A stretch of 64,000 bases of DNA. It comes from Squalus acanthias. Taxonomy: Eukaryota. The stretch covers positions 65,908,001-65,972,000 of the forward strand of contig CM059438.1 in assembly GCA_030390025.1 (NCBI GenBank). The letters run 5' to 3'. Below the pieces are notes generated by a model, which saw only the letters and a program-made list of their open reading frames with translations, ran no database searches and was not told the origin of the DNA. Position 1 is the stretch's first letter; each line of letters starts with the position of its first letter. The position numbers were made by a program, and so were the translations under genes. Below, one piece after another: positions 60,255 through 64,000 of the stretch.

Positions 60255-60460
60255 TTCTTGCCCGACAGCTGGTGGCGCGAATAGACAAGCAAAGATGCTC
60301 AACTACAGGGGGCACAACCTTTATAACATCAATGCAATAACATTTGCAGGCGCCACATGATCAGACGTCGCGTGGCCAGACGCCAGGTGGTCAGAATGTC
60401 ACGTGATCAAACCTCCAGAATGCTTCCATGGCAACCCTAGGGTCAATGGATCGTAAGTAG
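60255..60460 (+). promoter_or_regulatory. Candidate promoter/enhancer (CTCF-like, E-box, RFX X-box) followed by a GTAAGT donor
   Basis: CAGCTGGTGGCGC, ACAGGGGGCAC and GCCAGGTGGTC; GTCACGTGAT at 60398; GCTTCCATGGCAAC at 60422-60435; GTAAGT at 60453. Confidence 0.35.
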
Positions 60461-61677
60461 AAATATGACCCTCCCCGGCACTGAGGCCAATAGTAGCTGA
60501 GATCGGACAGCTCAACCCAGCCTCGGGATGGAACCTGGGATCTTCCTGGTCTATTCGGAAATTGGAAAAAATAATTAATTTGTTTCTCAAAGACATAGAT
60601 AAAAGTGTGTGTGTCAGGCAAAATCATCAAAAAGAAAACCAAAGTTCAACGCGCCCCCCCTGAAAGCTTCTAGAATTCTGCTTCTGATGGATGGGCATTG
60701 AGTCAAAAGGGCACAGTTTTTACAGGAGCCAGAAGTGAAAATTTCCTTTTGAACTCATGGCTCCGTGGGTGAAGGCAGTGAACTTGAGAACATGCCACGG
60801 TGTTGGAGCAAAAGGTCATCCTGTGTTCAGCAGGGGAGAAGTACTTTTAACTACCGAAATTTGAAGGAGCAGGTGCAGCTCCAGGTCACATGGACCAGAA
60901 GTTCCGGCCTGTGATACGTTCTCTCAGCCATGGTGTTAATGGAGGTGGTGCATTTTCTCTCTGTGTCCAAGCGCTGGGGAGGGGAAAAGAAGCTAGGTTT
61001 CCTGCTGCCGATAGCCACCAAGTGCGCTTCTATCGACCACTGGTGAGGGCAGGATTTGGCTCAGTTCTGATTCGTTCCATGCTGGAGTAACTCATGACAA
61101 TGTCCAGCCTCATGCACAAAAGATTTCCACTTGGTCAAAGTAGCACAGGGCTGCCAGGTGCCTGTAGAATGATACCCAAAGAAAGCGGCAATGGGGTAGG
61201 AATTGGTATGCGTGGCAGCCGTTTTTTGAGCGTAAAAGAACTCTATCCTGCTCTCACTCAGCATGCGTGCACAAACAACGCACGAGCGGGAATGAATAGG
61301 TCGCAATCAGGCGCAGGAGCCTTGATGACTTTTTTTTCCTCCCTAGATAATTGAAGTACCCCAACTGACCAGAGACTGAACCAGGGACCTTTTTGATCTG
61401 TAAGGGTTAAAAGCGATGTTGCATGCTATATTTCTGGCTTGCAAGGCAGCAAGCATCTTTATGAAAATCACCCACAGGAGGATGCCCTGGTGAACATCAA
61501 TGCCATCGTACTGATTTACTTAGGCACAAAGCCAGCTCTAAGGCTAGCATGCGCTGCTCTAGTTATACAGACGCAGGCCTTACTGTGCAAGTATAGTGTA
61601 TAAACATGTGCATATGAAATTCCTTTGTGTACTATTGTAAACTGTAACTTTAAGTCCTCCATCAAATAGCAGAGAAA

Positions 61678-62560
61678 AGATTACATAGTTACATAGTATA
61701 TACAGCACAGAAACAGACCATTCGGCCCAACAGGTCCATGCCGGTGTTTATGCTCCACACGAGCCTCCTCCCACCCTTCTTCATCTAACCCCATCAACAT
61801 AACCTTCTATTCCTTTCTCCCTCATGTGTTTATCCAGTTTCTCCTTTAATGCATCTATGCTAGTCGCCGCAACTACTCCTTGTAGTAGCGTGTTCCACAT
61901 TCTAACCACTCTCTGGGTAAAGAAGTTTCTCCTGAATTCCCTATTGGATTTATCAGTGACTATCTTATATTTATGGCCCCTAGTTCTGGTCTCCCCTGCA
62001 AGTGGAAACATCTCTACATGTACCTATCAAACCCCTTCATAATCTTAAAGCACTCTGTCAGTTCACCCCTCAGTCTTCTCTTCTCTATAGAAAAGAGCCC
62101 CAGCCTGTTCACTCAAAGAATCATAGAAACTTACAGCACAAAGGGGGCCATTCACCCCGTCATGCCTGTGCTGGCTCTTTGAAAGTGGAGTTGTGCTTAG
62201 TCCCACACCCTTGCTTTTTGTGATCTTTCCTGATAGGTATAATCTCTCAGTTCTGGTATCATCCTAGTAAACATTTTTTTGCACCTTCTCCAGTGCCTCT
62301 ATATCCTTTTTATAATATGGAAACCAGAACTTTTCACAGTACTCCCAAGTGTGGTCTAACCAAGGTTCGATACAAGTTTAACATAACTTCTCTGCTTTTC
62401 AATTCTATCCCTCTAGAAATAAACCTCAGTGCTTTATTTGCTTTTTTATGGCCTTATTAAGCTGCATCGCTACTTTTACTGATTGTGTATCTGTATTCCC
62501 AGATCCCTCTGCTCCTCTACCCCATTTAGACACTTATTTTGCAGTGAGTAGGTGGCCTCC
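61678..62560 (-). mobile_element. CR1 3' fragment with a nested ~100-bp CR1 tail (~62115-62222)
   Basis: FPLAGETRTRGHKYKIVT...FFTQRVVRMWNTL. Same family as 47490-48505. Confidence 0.88.
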
Positions 62561-62607
62561 CAGAGTTTGATCTGAACACATTAAACTACACAAATGCTCT
62601 CCAGACA

Positions 62608-62960
62608 AAAGAGAGAAAGAACATAGATTTATATAGTGCCTTTCATGACCTCAGGTTGTCTCAAAGCACTTACAGTCAATAAAGTGCTTTTGAAGTGTAG
62701 TCACTGTTGTATTGTAGGAAACATGGCAGCCAATTTTTGCACAGCAAGGTCCCACAAATAGCAATATGATAATGACCAAATAATCTGTTTTAGTGATGTT
62801 GGTTGAGGGATAAATATTGGTCAGGACGCCAGGGAGAACTCCCCTACTCTTACTAGAAATAATGTCATGGGATCTTTTACATTCACCTGAAAGACGGGCC
62901 TCCAACAGTGAAGCACTCCCTCGGTACTGCACTAAGGTGTCAGCCTTGATTTTGTGCTTG
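62608..62960 (-). mobile_element. Deu-type SINE
   Basis: Reverse complement of tail, core and part of the head. Confidence 0.78.
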
Positions 62961-63054
62961 TCTCTATTCATACAACGTCAACTCAGTGCCATGATGTTGC
63001 TGAAGATGGAGTCTAAGTTGTTTCTAGGTGTTCCATTCACAGTGTGAACATCAA

Positions 63055-64000
63055 AACAACAATAACTTGCATTTATATAGCGCCTTTAATGTAGTAAAAC
63101 GTCCCAAGGCGCTTCACAGGAGTATTTTAAGACAAACATGTTGACACTGAGCCACATAAGGATAAATTAGGGCAGGTGACCAAAAGCTTGGTCAAAGAGG
63201 TAGGTTTTAAGGAGCGTCTTAAAGGAGGAAAGAGAGGTAGGGAGGCGGAGAGGTTTAGGGAGGGAAATCCAGAGCTTGGGGCCTAAGCAACAGAAGGCAC
63301 GGCCACCAATGGTTGAGCGATTATAATCAGGGATGCTAAAGAGGGCAGAATTAGAGGAGTGCAGATATCTCGGGGGGTTGTGGGGCTGAAGGAGATTACA
63401 GAGATAGGAAGGGGCAAGGCCATGGAGGGATTTGCAAACAAGGATGAGAATTTTGAAATCGAGGCACTGCTTAAGCGGGAGCCAATGTAGGTCAGCGAGC
63501 ACAGGGGTGATGGGCGAACGGGACTTGGTGCGAGTTAGGACATGGGCAGCCGAGTTTTGGATGACCTCAAGTTTATGTAGGGTAGAGTGTGGGAGGCCAG
63601 CCAGGAGTGCGTTGGAATAGTCAAGTCTAGAGGTAACAAAGGCATGGATGAGGGTTTCAGCAGTGGATGAGCTGAGGCAAGGGCAGAGACGTTTGATGTT
63701 ACGGAGGTGGAAATAGGCGGTCTTTGTTATGCTGTGGATATGTTGTCAGAAGCTCATTTCAGGGTCAAATATGACACCAAGGTTGCGAACAGTATGGTTC
63801 AGCCTCAGATAGATGTTAGGGAGAGGAATGGAGTCAGTGGCTAGGGACTGGAGTTCGTGGCGGGGACCGAAAACAATGGCTTCGGTCTTCCCAATATTTA
63901 ATTGGAGAAAATTTCTACTCATCCAGAACTGTATGTCGGACAAGCAGTCTGACAATTTAGAGACCATGGAGGGGTTGAGAGAAGAGGTAGTGAGGTAGAG
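63055..64000 (-). mobile_element. L2 LINE 3' part, runs off window
   Basis: WMSRNFLQLNIGKTEAIVFGP, LADLHWLP...FKTLLKTYLFDQAF; (AAC)n tail. Confidence 0.92.

Overview
Eukaryotic, repeat-dominated intronic or intergenic DNA. The repeat inventory points to a cartilaginous fish, probably a shark (inference): Deu-type tRNA SINEs, L2 and CR1 LINEs, Penelope-like elements and Harbinger DNA transposons. I could not identify an intact host protein-coding gene; every recognisable ORF is transposon-derived and is disrupted or cut by the window edge. Main contents: (1) the right part of a two-gene Harbinger transposon (DDE transposase plus an intron-containing Myb/SANT gene) at 1-2885; (2) a nested cluster at 19.9-25.6 kb, where an L2 carries a Harbinger derivative and has a near-full-length Penelope-like element (PLE; RT + GIY-YIG) in its tail; (3) many L2, CR1, RTE and SINE fragments and Harbinger/Tigger MITEs. 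The most interesting signal is four short fold-back PLE-derived elements, three with clear target-site duplications (TSDs), carrying minimal hammerhead-ribozyme motifs (CUGANGA-stem II-GAAA) that range from intact to degenerate. They form two families, and one matches the terminal repeats of the coding PLE in this window. A motif-rich candidate promoter/first exon lies at about 60.25-60.46 kb. Coordinates were read by eye and may be a few bases off.
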